Assembly (NCBI GenBank): GCA_963729605.1
Contig: CAVSNY010000007.1
Coordinates: 896,001 to 960,000, forward strand
Direction of reading: 5' to 3'
Source: an uncultured Gammaproteobacteria bacterium
GTDB taxonomy: Bacteria > Pseudomonadota > Gammaproteobacteria > DRLM01
Length of the DNA stretch: 64,000 bases
The translations under genes were made by a program, and so were the position numbers. The notes under the pieces were generated by a model, which was given only the letters and a program-made list of their open reading frames with translations, searched no databases and was not told the DNA's origin. Positions 44,785 through 55,221 of this stretch are shown one piece after another; position 1 is the first letter of the stretch; every line of letters starts with the position of its first letter.

Positions 44785-46023
44785 TCAATCCGCTATCACC
44801 TCTTGCACTATTTCCGCGAACCGCCGCGGCGCTGAATAATGCCCGCTGGTTTCGGCCATGGCCGCGGTGCGCTGGTTAAGGGCTGCATCCGTCAGCATGG
44901 CGCGGACCGCGTTTCGCAGCGAGGAGGGGCGCAGATGTTCACTGCGCAGGATGCGTCCTACCCTGGCCTTTTCCAGCGCGGCCATATTCAAATGCTGATC
45001 TAAATTGGCGGGGATGCCGAGCACGGGCACACCCGCCAGCAAGGCCTGCTGACTGGTGGGGCTGCCGCCGTTGCAGATCACCAGTTTGGCGCGCCGCGCG
45101 GCGTCGCCGCCGGGCAGATAATCCGCGATATAGGCATTGCCGGGTATCTCGTCCGTCATTTTCTGGCCCGCGCCGGCGGCGATGACCGTGACGGGCTCCC
45201 CCGCCAGCGCGGCGAGGATGCGCGGCAACAAGCCCGCGTTTCCGGAGCTGCCCAGGGTTACGTAGAGACAGGGTTTGTCGTTCGGCAAGGTGTCCCACCA
45301 GGTCGGCAAGGGGAGGGTCGGCGACCATAATACGGGACCCAAAAAACGGTGGGTGTCCGGTAGTGTTGATAAAGGAAACAGTTCGGGCGGATCGGCATAC
45401 AAGGTGTAATCGGCGTCGGTGTAGACACGCCGCAGATCACCGCCCAGGCTCGCCAGGCCGAATTCGCGCCGCACCTGATTGAGGGGGCGGCTGTGGAGGG
45501 CGAAGGCCAGCGGGCGGACCAGATTGAAAAGCAATTGCGCCGCCGTCACGCCGAGCAATCGGGTCAGGGGTAATTCGGGCACCGGATAGTGTTGTGCCCG
45601 GTACGGACTCCAATACGCGTTGCTGATGGTGAGGTAAGGAATGCCGGCCAGCCGCGCACTGATGGAGAGGGAGAGGCGGAAGTCGCCCACCACGACATCC
45701 GGTCGCAGTTCATGCAAAAGGCGTAAATCTTCTTCCACATAGGCCCGCAAGGTGGCGGTGTCGTATAAGACGCGGCCGCCGGCCAACGCGGCTTTGAAGC
45801 GCGCGGGCGAGAGTGAATGCAGGGTGTGGCGTTGGAGAGAAGTTTGGCCGATGAGAGACGCGTAACTCTCGGCGCAAGCCAGATGAATTTCGTAATGTTG
45901 GGTATCGAGTCCCGCCGCCAAGGCCAGGGGGCGGGCGACATGGGCGAGCGTCACCGCCTCGGCCAGGAACAATATCCGTCGGCGCGACGGTAGGCTGTCC
46001 TGGCCGGGCGCTGGCGCGCTCAT
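44785..46023 (-). CDS. GT-B glycosyltransferase (GT1/GT28-like)
   Basis: AHVAR, YVTLGSSG, ICNGGSPT, DQHLN. Confidence 0.85.
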   Translation of the reverse strand: MSAPAPGQDSLPSRRRILFLAEAVTLAHVARPLALAAGLDTQHYEIHLACAESYASLIGQTSLQRHTLHSLSPARFKAALAGGRVLYDTATLRAYVEEDLRLLHELRPDVVVGDFRLSLSISARLAGIPYLTISNAYWSPYRAQHYPVPELPLTRLLGVTAAQLLFNLVRPLAFALHSRPLNQVRREFGLASLGGDLRRVYTDADYTLYADPPELFPLSTLPDTHRFLGPVLWSPTLPLPTWWDTLPNDKPCLYVTLGSSGNAGLLPRILAALAGEPVTVIAAGAGQKMTDEIPGNAYIADYLPGGDAARRAKLVICNGGSPTSQQALLAGVPVLGIPANLDQHLNMAALEKARVGRILRSEHLRPSSLRNAVRAMLTDAALNQRTAAMAETSGHYSAPRRFAEIVQEVIAD

Positions 46024-46029
46024 GAAAAG

Positions 46030-48813
46030 TTAGCGGGCGGCCAGCTTGTCCAGCAGGGCCTGCGCTTCTTTCCGTTGAGGAAACGTCTGTTTTTGCGCCA
46101 AGGCCTTTTTCAATACGTCGCGGGCCTGTTCCGTCTGCTGCATGCCAACCAGGGCCTGGGCGTAGTGATAGGCGATACCCGCATCCTTGGGGGATTTTTT
46201 GTACGCCTGCTCGAGTGCCCGGATGGCGCGCTCAGGTTTGTTTTGGACCAAGAGCACCACGCCTTGGGTATCCAGTACAGTCGCTGATTCGGGCGCCAAC
46301 TCCACGGCCTGCTCCGCGTATTTGAGCGCGCGCGCCGGGTCTTTTTCACGGAGTAGCCACGCCAAATTGTTGAGGGAAGGGAGGTGCTTGGGGTTGAGCT
46401 TGATCACCTGTTCCATGCTGCGCACCGCGTCGGCTTCGCGTCCGGCCAATAAATAGAATTTGGCCTGCGTGTCGATGACCATGAGGTCGTCCGGATGTTT
46501 CTCCAGCCAAGTCTCGATGCTGCGCAGGCCGCCGTCCTTGTCGCCCGCCTGCCATTGCGCCATCGCCAATTGGGTGACGGTGAGGTTGTCGGGGGCCTTG
46601 GCCAAGGCCGCGCGCAAGGCGCGCACGGCGTCATCGGCGCGGTTTTCGCGCAAGGCGATGGCGGCTTCGGTAACTAAAACCTGGGGATGGTCCACATGGG
46701 ATTTTTTAAGTTGGGCGAGCGACTGCTTCGCGGCGGCCAATTGATCGTTGCCTATTTGTATTTGCACCTTGAGCAGTTGCGCGAGAAGGAAATTTTTATC
46801 CAATTTGAGGGCGATGTTGAGTTGTTCATCCGCCTTGCGTGTATTGCCGGTGCCGAGCAGGGCCCGCGCCAACAGGTAGTGGTTGGCGGGCAGTGATTGG
46901 CGTTGGGTCAGTTTGGTGAGGGTCGCGACGGCATTATTGGCATCGCCCAATGCCAGTTGCGCCTCGCCGAGCAGGGCGAGCGCGGTCGGTTCCGGTTCAG
47001 GCACTTCGGTGGCGGGACGGATCGTCTCCAAGGCCTGGGTGGCTTGACCGCGGCTGAGGTAAAAACGGCTCAAGGCCACCCGCGTGGTGACCAGTTTGGG
47101 GTTGGCTTCCAGCGCCTTTTTCAAACGCGCCTCGGCTTGGGCGGGTTGGTTCGCGATCAGGTCCAGATCGGCCAGTTTGGCGATGCTCAAGACATGATCG
47201 GGGTGTTTAGCCAGCACGCCTTCATACAGCTTGCGCGCTTGAGCGAGGTCTTTCGCCGCCAGCGCCAAGTCGGCCAGATTATGAGAGGCGGCCGGATCGC
47301 CGGGCGCCTTGGCGACCGCTTCTTCCCAGGCCTTGCGCGCGGCGGCTTCATTGCCTTTGGCGCGTTGGATTACGCCGATGATGTTGAGCGGCGCGGGGTT
47401 GTCGGCCATGGTCGCGCGCAGACGTTCCGCCACCTTGAGCGCCTCGTCGTATTTATGTTCGGAGAGATAGAACAAGGCCAGGGTGACTTGCGTCTGTTGC
47501 AACTCGGGTTTGAGTTGGATGGCCGATTCCAACTCCGCCACGCCGGCATTTTCCTCGCCTTGCACCAGCAGGCCTAAACCCAGCTGAGCCTTGATATCGG
47601 CTGAATCGGGTTGGATCTCGGTGGCCTTACGCAGATATTGCACGGCCTTTTGCGTGTCGCCGCTGGCCATCAGGGCGGAAGCCATCAGGCTCAGGCTGGT
47701 GTAATCCTCCGGCTGCCGGGCCAGTATGGTCGCCAGTTGTCTCTGGGCGAGGTCGGGTTGATTGTTGCGCAAGGCGATAATCGCGAGTAATTGGCGCGCC
47801 CGCATGTCGCCGGGCGCCGCGGTCACATAGGGCTGCAACTGTTCCAACGCCGAGGCGTCTTGCCCGCTCAAGTAATGAGTTACGCCTAGGTAAAATTTGG
47901 CGGGCAGGTATTGGGCGTCCAGCTTGAGGGCGTTCTGGAATTGCAGCGCCGCCTCGTTAAGGCGGTTTTTTTGTAATTCCAGCAGGCCTTGCGCGTAGGC
48001 CACCCCGGTGACATAGGCCGACCAGGGTTTGAGTCGGTCGATGTCTTTTTGCGCCTCCGGGTATTTTTTGAGCGCGATGCGCACCAGGGCGCGCCGCAAC
48101 AGGTCATGCCCTTTATTGGCCCTGGCCGCGATGGCTTTGCCGTAAGCCTCTTCCGCTTTTTCCAAGTTGCCGCTCTGGCGTTCAAGATCGCCCAGCAAAC
48201 TCCAGGCCGGCGCCGCGTCTTTATCGGCGGCGAAGGCCTCGGCCAGCCAGCGTCGGGCCTCTTCGTCCTGACCTTGAAAGGCGGCTAATTGGGCCTTGCC
48301 CGCCAAGGCCTCGACCGTTTTATTGTCCAGCGCCAGGGCTTCATCGTAGGCGGCCTGGGTGGCGTCCAGTTTCCCCAAACCCAGCTGCGCGTGGCCCCGC
48401 AGGGCGGCCAACTCCGCGCGTTGAGCGGTGCTGGCGGTGCCCGGTTGCGGCAGATCGAGCAATTCTTGAAATTTGTTCTGCAATAATTTCGATCGGGCTA
48501 CCAGGGTGGTCCATCCGCCGCCGCTGACCCCCAGTTCCTGCGCACGCTGCAGTTCCTTCTCCGCCGCCGCGCCGTTGCCGACATCCACGTACAAAGTACC
48601 CAGCAGCAGGCGCGCCTCGGCATTGTCCGGCGCCTGTTGCAAGGCGTTCTTGGCTTCGATGATCGCCGCTTGCAAGTTCTCTTTTTCTTGTAAGTCTTTG
48701 GCGCGCGCCAAGTGTTCTTGCGGAGTAAGAGTCGCTTTTCCGCAAGAAATAATGAGGGGAAATAACAGCGCGAGAACCAAGCCGCGGATAACCGCGAGGG
48801 ATGACAGGGACAT
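46030..48813 (-). CDS. prsT: PEP-CTERM system TPR lipoprotein PrsT-like
   Basis: Lipobox IISC; AIIEAKNALQ..EARLLLG..AEKELQRA; LNNLAW..LDTQG; 927 aa of TPRs. Confidence 0.82.
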   Translation of the reverse strand: MSLSSLAVIRGLVLALLFPLIISCGKATLTPQEHLARAKDLQEKENLQAAIIEAKNALQQAPDNAEARLLLGTLYVDVGNGAAAEKELQRAQELGVSGGGWTTLVARSKLLQNKFQELLDLPQPGTASTAQRAELAALRGHAQLGLGKLDATQAAYDEALALDNKTVEALAGKAQLAAFQGQDEEARRWLAEAFAADKDAAPAWSLLGDLERQSGNLEKAEEAYGKAIAARANKGHDLLRRALVRIALKKYPEAQKDIDRLKPWSAYVTGVAYAQGLLELQKNRLNEAALQFQNALKLDAQYLPAKFYLGVTHYLSGQDASALEQLQPYVTAAPGDMRARQLLAIIALRNNQPDLAQRQLATILARQPEDYTSLSLMASALMASGDTQKAVQYLRKATEIQPDSADIKAQLGLGLLVQGEENAGVAELESAIQLKPELQQTQVTLALFYLSEHKYDEALKVAERLRATMADNPAPLNIIGVIQRAKGNEAAARKAWEEAVAKAPGDPAASHNLADLALAAKDLAQARKLYEGVLAKHPDHVLSIAKLADLDLIANQPAQAEARLKKALEANPKLVTTRVALSRFYLSRGQATQALETIRPATEVPEPEPTALALLGEAQLALGDANNAVATLTKLTQRQSLPANHYLLARALLGTGNTRKADEQLNIALKLDKNFLLAQLLKVQIQIGNDQLAAAKQSLAQLKKSHVDHPQVLVTEAAIALRENRADDAVRALRAALAKAPDNLTVTQLAMAQWQAGDKDGGLRSIETWLEKHPDDLMVIDTQAKFYLLAGREADAVRSMEQVIKLNPKHLPSLNNLAWLLREKDPARALKYAEQAVELAPESATVLDTQGVVLLVQNKPERAIRALEQAYKKSPKDAGIAYHYAQALVGMQQTEQARDVLKKALAQKQTFPQRKEAQALLDKLAAR

Positions 48814-49137
48814 GGATGACCTCGGTTGTTGCCATGGTAATTACGGGCGACCGCGGCGAATGACGCGCCGGCCAGCGTAATTTAAGAGGCCCATAGTACT
48901 TCATCATCACGACGGCGACCAAGTTTTGGCTAAGCGGTGAAAAAACGTCTTCGTGTCGTCGATGCGCCATCGAGGCCGGTGATGTATCCGGTGTTATCGG
49001 ACAAGGAAGGCGGTAACAAGGGGTCTTAAATTTTGAGAGTCGTAAATCCGCTTCGCTCACTGGCTGGGCAACAACTTGAGGTTGTTCGACGCTAGGTTAA
49101 AACGGCTAGGCGAGGTTACAAATCCTCTGGGCCGGGC

Positions 49138-49233
49138 TGTCGGTAATTTTTACAAATCTATATTATTAATCTGTCTTGTAACAATTAAACTAATGTTAAT
49201 AAAAATTTTTTTTGGCATGGCAAGTGAATTGCA
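49138..49233 (+). promoter_or_regulatory. Enhancer site plus sigma54 promoter
   Basis: TGT-N11-ACA at 49138-49154, AT-rich spacer, TGGCAAGTGAATTGCA (GG-N10-GC) at 49218-49233. Confidence 0.75.
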
Positions 49234-49325
49234 CATGGACGCCTAATCCCATCAGTTCTGAATTAAATCAGCTTCAACAACAGGCAGTCATGTCTCGTTC
49301 CAGGAATCAAGAAGGAAAAATCTCT

Positions 49326-52300
49326 ATGAACCTCAAACGTCTCCTTCGCGCCGGTTTGATGGCGTGCGGTCTGGGGAGTCTGGCGATCCCCGCCCAGGCT
49401 GACACCATTCAATTCGATCCCGATGGTCCCGGTCCCCGCGCGGTGCTGACGGTCGAGGCCTTTGATCTGGATCCCAGCAACGAGTTGTGGGATCAGGGCC
49501 GGTTGGCCATAGGCAACGGGGGCGGGAGTTTTTCTAATTATATACAGACGCGGCTGACCAGCCTGATTGGCGTGGGCGGTTCCTCCATCCCGTCGTTGAC
49601 GTCGGGTCTCAGCCTGACTCATGAAGTGACCCTGGTAATGGGTTTTGGCAACCGGGTGACCGGGGTAGGCAATCTGGGCACCTCCACGCTGGTCAACTTG
49701 AGTTTCGATAATACGGTTGCGAACAATTACGTGGAGTTTTGGCAGGGATCGGCGCTGGACGCCATTCCCTTGGCGGGCACCGGTTTTAATAACGGCACCC
49801 GTATCCTGCGCGGTACGGTGATCAGCAGTCTAGGTTTTTTGCAGATCAGTAATGCGGCCCCAGTGGCCTTCGATCAGACGGGGGACGGCAACCAATATCC
49901 CGGCCAGCAAACCCTGCAAACGATCGGTAACACCTCTTCTTTCCAGATCCGGGTGGACAGTGTCGATCCGCTCTATTTCCCCGACCTCAATCCGGGCGAC
50001 ATCATCACTGTTTCGAACGCGTCTCAACAATTGCCTTTTCTATCAGTGAATCCTTCTCAGAGATTCGTCTCCCTGCCCGGCGGCGCGGCGCCTGCCCTGA
50101 TTCCGGCGCTGGGCACCGTGAACGGCCAGAACGGCGACGATATCCAGTTGCAGACCGACTTCAACATGACCTTCACCCGCCAGGCGCAACCCGCCGCCGC
50201 CTTGGGTGACTACGTATGGGAAGACAAAAACGGTAACGGCGTGCAAGAAGTCGGCGAGCCGGGTATCGATGGCGTGAGCGCGTTCCTGTACACCTGCGGC
50301 GCGGACGGCATGGTGGGAACGGGTGACGACGTCTTCGTAAATTCCACCAGCACCGACATCAACGGAAAATACTTGTTTCCCAATCTGCTCCCCGGCAGTT
50401 ATTACGTCGAATTCGATAAGCCGTTAGGTTTCGAATTCACGCTTAAAGATCAAGGCTCGGATGCCGCCGACAGCGACGCCGATCCGGCCACCGGCCGCAG
50501 CCATTGCGTCACCTTGGCGGCGGGCGAGACCAATCTGACGGTGGACGCGGGCGTGTATCGACCCGCTGCTTTGGGCGATTTCGTGTGGAACGACCTCGAC
50601 CGCGACGGTTTCCAAGACGTCGGCGAGCCGGGCATCCCCAACGTCAAGGTCGAACTTCTGGACTGCGCCGGCGTATTGGTGCCGGGCGTATTGCCCCTGT
50701 TCACCGACGCCAATGGCCTCTATCACTTCACCAATCTGGCGCCCGGCGGCTACCGGGTGCGTTTCACCGGGCCTGTGGGCTACCAATTCAGCCCGATCGA
50801 CAATGTGCCGGGTAACGACATTGCCGACAGCGACGCCGACAGTAACGGTTTGACCGTGGCCTGTACGGTACTGCAATCGGGTGACGACGATCGCACCATT
50901 GACGCCGGTCTCAATCAGCCCGCGACCGCCCAGTTGGGTGACTACGTGTGGGAAGACCTGGACGCCAACGGCCTGCAGAACGACGGTAATACCGGCGTGC
51001 CCAACGTCAACGTCAAGCTGTTCGTGTGCGGCGCGGACCCCAACGGTGCGCCCTTGGCGAGCATGCTGACCGACGCCGACGGCAAATACCTGTTCACCAA
51101 CTTGGATGCGGGCAGCTATTTCGTCCGCTTCACCGCCCCCGCGGGTTATCAATTCACCACCGCCAACGTCGGCGGCGACGATGCCCTCGACAGCGACGCC
51201 AACCCGGCGACCGGCATCACGTCTCCCTGCGTGATTTTGGCGGCGGGCGGCAGCAACCTGACCGTGGACGCGGGCATTTACCGCAAAGCCGCTTTGGGTG
51301 ACTTCGTGTGGAATGACCTCGACCGCGACGGTTTCCAAGACGCCGGCGAGCCGGGTATTCCCAACGTCAAGGTGGAACTGCTGGACTGCGACGGCGTATT
51401 GGTGCCGGGCGTATTGCCCCAGTTCACCAACGCCAGCGGCCTCTATCACTTCACCAACCTGTTGCCGGGCGGCTATAAAGTCCGCTTCACGGCGCCGGCG
51501 GGATATCAGTTCAGCCCGCTCGACAACGTGCCTGGCAATGACGTGGCCGACAGCGACGCCGACAGCAACGGTTTGACCGTGGCCTGTACGGTCCTGCAAT
51601 CGGGCGACGACAATCTCACCATTGACGCCGGGCTCAACCAGCCCGCGACCGCCCAGTTGGGCGACTATGTGTGGGAAGACGTGGACGCCAACGGCCTGCA
51701 GAACGACGGCAGTACCGGCGTACCCAACGTCACCGCCAACCTGTACGTCTGCGGTAGTAATCCGAACGGTGCGCCGCTGGCCAGCATGGTCACCGACGCC
51801 AACGGCAAATACCTGTTCACCAATCTGGAGGCAGGCAGCTACTTCGTCCGCTTCGATCTGTCGACGGCGGCCGGCGGCTTCCAATTCACCACGGCCAACG
51901 TCGGCGTCAACGATGCCCTCGACAGCGATGCCAATGTGCTGACCGGCGTGACCTCACCCTGCGTCACCTTGGCCGCGGGTGAGAGCAACCTGACGGTGGA
52001 CGCGGGCGTTTATCGCCCGGCCTCTTTGGGTGACTTCGTGTGGAACGACCTCAACCGCAATGGTGCGCAGAATAGCGGCGAGCCGGGTGTACCCAACGTG
52101 ACGGTGCGCCTGCTCGATTGCGCCGGCAATGTGCTGGACTCGACGGTGACCGACGCCAACGGGATTTACGGCTTCACCGGGCTGATGCCGGGTCAATACA
52201 TGATACAGTTCGTCAACCCCAACCCGGCGGTGTGGACCTTCAGTCCGAAGGACGCGGCGGCCAACGCCATCGACAGCGATGCCGATCTTGTTACGGGTCG

Positions 52301-53042
52301 CACCGTCTGCATCACGCTGGTCTCCGGTCAGCAAGACGTGTCGTGGGATGCGGGTCTTTATCAATCCGCGCCGTCCATCACTTTGAAGAAATACGTGTCC
52401 GTATCGTCTGATTCTAAAGACAAGCGGATTTGGGAAGACGCTAACGTCCCGACTGGCCCCATTGCGTCCATATGCAGCGATGGCAGTAAATATTCGGATG
52501 GTTCTTACTGGGGTGGTTACAGCAAGAATTCGAACGATTCTTCCGGTTGGTCCTACTACAAGATGAGTGGTTCGTACGGCGGTGGTGGTTCGTACGGTGG
52601 CGGCGGTTCGTACGGCGGTGGCGGTTCGTACGGCGGTGGCGATTCCTATTCCGGCACCAAGTGTATTGACTATGTGCACTTTAAGTTCGTGGTGACCAAT
52701 ACGGGTGATGTCACCTTGACCAACTTGGTGTTGACGGATGTTTCGGTCAATCCGGCGGATAAGGTGGATGTAAGCTCTTGCGTGCTACCTAGCAGTTTGG
52801 CGCCGGGTGCCAGTTTCACCTGCGTGGTCAGCCCGGTGAAGGCCGTCACCGGTCAACATACCAATATCGGTAAGATAACCGCCCTGGGTGGTTCGACCAC
52901 CGTGCAGGCGACCGATCCCGCTAATTACTACGGTAAAAAGTGCACTTCCTGTAGCGGGGATACCAAGACCTACAGCGACAAGGACGGTAGTTACAAGAGC
53001 TGTGGTGGCGGTAGCCACAGTGGCGGATCAAAATACTACTAA
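49326..53042 (+). CDS. Large secreted protein: N-terminal domain, six SdrD-B-like repeats, C-terminal Ig-like domain with Gly/Ser/Tyr insert
   Basis: Signal peptide ending AQA; six LGD(Y/F)VWxDxxxxG..DSDA..DAG units; VTNTGDVTLTN. Confidence 0.85.
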   Translation: MNLKRLLRAGLMACGLGSLAIPAQADTIQFDPDGPGPRAVLTVEAFDLDPSNELWDQGRLAIGNGGGSFSNYIQTRLTSLIGVGGSSIPSLTSGLSLTHEVTLVMGFGNRVTGVGNLGTSTLVNLSFDNTVANNYVEFWQGSALDAIPLAGTGFNNGTRILRGTVISSLGFLQISNAAPVAFDQTGDGNQYPGQQTLQTIGNTSSFQIRVDSVDPLYFPDLNPGDIITVSNASQQLPFLSVNPSQRFVSLPGGAAPALIPALGTVNGQNGDDIQLQTDFNMTFTRQAQPAAALGDYVWEDKNGNGVQEVGEPGIDGVSAFLYTCGADGMVGTGDDVFVNSTSTDINGKYLFPNLLPGSYYVEFDKPLGFEFTLKDQGSDAADSDADPATGRSHCVTLAAGETNLTVDAGVYRPAALGDFVWNDLDRDGFQDVGEPGIPNVKVELLDCAGVLVPGVLPLFTDANGLYHFTNLAPGGYRVRFTGPVGYQFSPIDNVPGNDIADSDADSNGLTVACTVLQSGDDDRTIDAGLNQPATAQLGDYVWEDLDANGLQNDGNTGVPNVNVKLFVCGADPNGAPLASMLTDADGKYLFTNLDAGSYFVRFTAPAGYQFTTANVGGDDALDSDANPATGITSPCVILAAGGSNLTVDAGIYRKAALGDFVWNDLDRDGFQDAGEPGIPNVKVELLDCDGVLVPGVLPQFTNASGLYHFTNLLPGGYKVRFTAPAGYQFSPLDNVPGNDVADSDADSNGLTVACTVLQSGDDNLTIDAGLNQPATAQLGDYVWEDVDANGLQNDGSTGVPNVTANLYVCGSNPNGAPLASMVTDANGKYLFTNLEAGSYFVRFDLSTAAGGFQFTTANVGVNDALDSDANVLTGVTSPCVTLAAGESNLTVDAGVYRPASLGDFVWNDLNRNGAQNSGEPGVPNVTVRLLDCAGNVLDSTVTDANGIYGFTGLMPGQYMIQFVNPNPAVWTFSPKDAAANAIDSDADLVTGRTVCITLVSGQQDVSWDAGLYQSAPSITLKKYVSVSSDSKDKRIWEDANVPTGPIASICSDGSKYSDGSYWGGYSKNSNDSSGWSYYKMSGSYGGGGSYGGGGSYGGGGSYGGGDSYSGTKCIDYVHFKFVVTNTGDVTLTNLVLTDVSVNPADKVDVSSCVLPSSLAPGASFTCVVSPVKAVTGQHTNIGKITALGGSTTVQATDPANYYGKKCTSCSGDTKTYSDKDGSYKSCGGGSHSGGSKYY
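52569..52640 (+). repeat. 4 x 18-bp coding repeat (GSYGGG)
   Basis: GGTTCGTACGGYGGYGGY x4. Confidence 0.9.
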
Positions 53043-53095
53043 GAAGAGCTAAACCCCGCCGGACGGAGTCATTCTTCCGGCGGTATTCAAAATAG

Positions 53096-53132
53096 AACAG
53101 GCGGTGGCCTTCCCGGCACCGCCTGTTTTTTT
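53096..53132 (+). terminator. Rho-independent terminator
   Basis: AACAGGCGGTG..CACCGCCTGTT followed by a T-run. Confidence 0.85.
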
Positions 53133-53515
53133 ATTTATAGGGTAGGCGAGTGCTACAGACTGACGGCGACGTGGCCTACGTTTGCCCCCAGTTCGGTCTC
53201 GTTAGCGCCCCCCTTGGCCGTCCCGGCGCCGGTATGACGAATAAAATCTCCTAATTTTGCCTTATCTTGAAGTTCTTTCCGCCGTTATGGTGGGAAGGGA
53301 AAGATGCACTACACTCAACATGCCTGGAAAGGGTCTTCATGCGTGGCCAAGGCGGCAAGTTTTGCTTGGGCCTCGCCGGGACCGGCGTTAAGCGGATGAC
53401 ATGTTTTTTCGGATATCAGCCGAAAAGGCGCTGATGTAAAGTTTTACAGCAAGCAAGGACGGGCTCGAAATGCATGAGTTAATTCCAATCACCGCAAGCG
53501 TGGAGAGACCGGACC

Positions 53516-54739
53516 ATGCCTGATGTGTTATTGGCCTTGCGCTCCTTGTTGCGCCAGCCGCGCCGCACGGCCATCGCCTTGTTCGCGATCGGCTTCGGGG
53601 TGGTCTCTTTGCTGTTGGCCGGCGGGTTCATGGAATGGATCTTCTGGGCGATGCGCGAATCCACCATCCAATCCCAACTCGGCCATGTCCAGGTGGTCCG
53701 GCCCGGTTACCTCGAGCAAGGGGCGGCCGATCCTTATCGTTATTTCATGGCCGAGGACGCCTCGCAGCGGACCTACCTGGAAAAACTCGACCACAGCCGC
53801 GAGGTGGTGCCGCGCATCAATTTCAACGGTTTGATCAGCCACGGCGATGCCACCGTGTCCTTCATCGGCCAAGGCGTGGACCCGGCCCGGGAGACGGTCT
53901 TCAGTCGCGATCTGGTGATACTCGAAGGCACGGCGCTGGCGGTGGGTGACGGACAAGGTTTGTTATTGGGCGAGGGTTTGGCCGCGAATTTAGGCGCCAA
54001 GCCCGGCGATACGGTGGTGTTATTGGCCACCACGCCTTCCGGCGGCATCAACGCGGTGGAAGGCGTCGTGCGCGGCCTGTTCTTCACCTCCAATAAGGAA
54101 TTCGACGACGCGGCCTTGCGCCTGCCCTTGAGCTTGGCGCAACAGTTGTTAAAAACGCAGGGCGTACACCGTTGGCTGCTGTTGCTCGACGATACCGCTT
54201 ACACCGATACCGCGGTGGCGAAGATCAAAATGCATTTCGCGGCGGAGGGCGCCGAGCTTGAGGTGGTGCCCTGGTATCGTCTCGCGGATTTTTACAACAA
54301 GACCGTGGCCTTGTTCGGACGGCAGCTGAGCGTGGTGGCCGGCATCATCGGCCTCATCATCGTCCTGAGTATTTCCAACACCATGATCATGAGCGTGATG
54401 GAACGGACCCGCGAGATCGGCACCCTGCTGGCATTGGGTAACCGGCGGCGGCAGGTGCTGGGGCTGTACGTGAGCGAGGGCTTGTGGCTGGGCATCATCG
54501 GCGGCCTGGGGGGGGTGGCGATCGGCGTGGTGCTGGCCCAGCTGATTTCGGCGGTGGGCATTCCCATGCCGCCGCCGCCCGGCATGAAACGCGGGTACAA
54601 CGGCGAGATCATGCTGACCTGGTCCTTGGTCGCGTGGACTTGGCTGCTGGCGGTGGCGAGCACGGTGCTGGCCAGCCTCTATCCGGCGTGGAAGGCCTCG
54701 CGGCTGGTCATCGTCGATGCGCTGCGTCATGGGCGCTGA
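53516..54739 (+). CDS. LolE/MacB-type ABC permease
   Basis: RSLLRQPRRT; ERTREIGTLLALG; SLYPAWKAS. Confidence 0.9.
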   Translation: MPDVLLALRSLLRQPRRTAIALFAIGFGVVSLLLAGGFMEWIFWAMRESTIQSQLGHVQVVRPGYLEQGAADPYRYFMAEDASQRTYLEKLDHSREVVPRINFNGLISHGDATVSFIGQGVDPARETVFSRDLVILEGTALAVGDGQGLLLGEGLAANLGAKPGDTVVLLATTPSGGINAVEGVVRGLFFTSNKEFDDAALRLPLSLAQQLLKTQGVHRWLLLLDDTAYTDTAVAKIKMHFAAEGAELEVVPWYRLADFYNKTVALFGRQLSVVAGIIGLIIVLSISNTMIMSVMERTREIGTLLALGNRRRQVLGLYVSEGLWLGIIGGLGGVAIGVVLAQLISAVGIPMPPPPGMKRGYNGEIMLTWSLVAWTWLLAVASTVLASLYPAWKASRLVIVDALRHGR

Positions 54740-54813
54740 AAACCGCGCTGATGACTCCCAGCGCGAAGGGCTCCGTACCGCGTCGGCTGAGGCCGCGAAC
54801 CGCTTCGAAGCAG

Positions 54814-55050
54814 AACCACCCCGTCCGCTTCGCGTCCACCCCTCCTTGGCAAGGAGGGGAAATAAATGGTGCGCTGTATCCGCGGGCATGCGCGTGAGTA
54901 AGGAGGGAAAATAGAGGTTGCGCTGCATCCCACCGGCATGCGCGTGAGCGATGATGCGTAATCGTCGGGCACGACTGGTCGGAATACATCCCGCCGGCAT
55001 CTGCGTGAGCGATGAGCCGCCCCGCTTGGGGAAGGAGGGGGCAGAGGTTG
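54814..55050. repeat. REP-like element plus degenerate ~50-bp direct repeats
   Basis: AACCACCCCGTCCGCTTCGCGTCCACCCCTCCTTGGCAAGGAGGGG; three copies of ATCC..GGCAT..GCGTGAG. Confidence 0.65.
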
Positions 55051-55221
55051 CTCTCTGTGGATTCGTGGAGATAAAGGTGTTTTTCCCTCACCCAGGAGGA
55101 GAGGTAGAAAACAGAACCGTATGCATACAACGCGGATACGTTTTTCCCTCGTCCATGGGGAGAGGTGCCCCGCCGGGGCGGTGAGGAGGATTTTATTGTC
55201 ATCTGATCTACGAAGGGGTGG

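Noticed and set aside
53435-53448. TGTAAAGTTTTACA palindrome upstream of the first permease as a PrsR site
   Set aside because: Spacing differs from TGT-N11-ACA and no correctly spaced sigma54 site follows; left uncalled.
54851-55050. Possible mini-CRISPR array
   Set aside because: Repeats are degenerate, spacers are irregular and partly similar to each other, and there are no cas genes.
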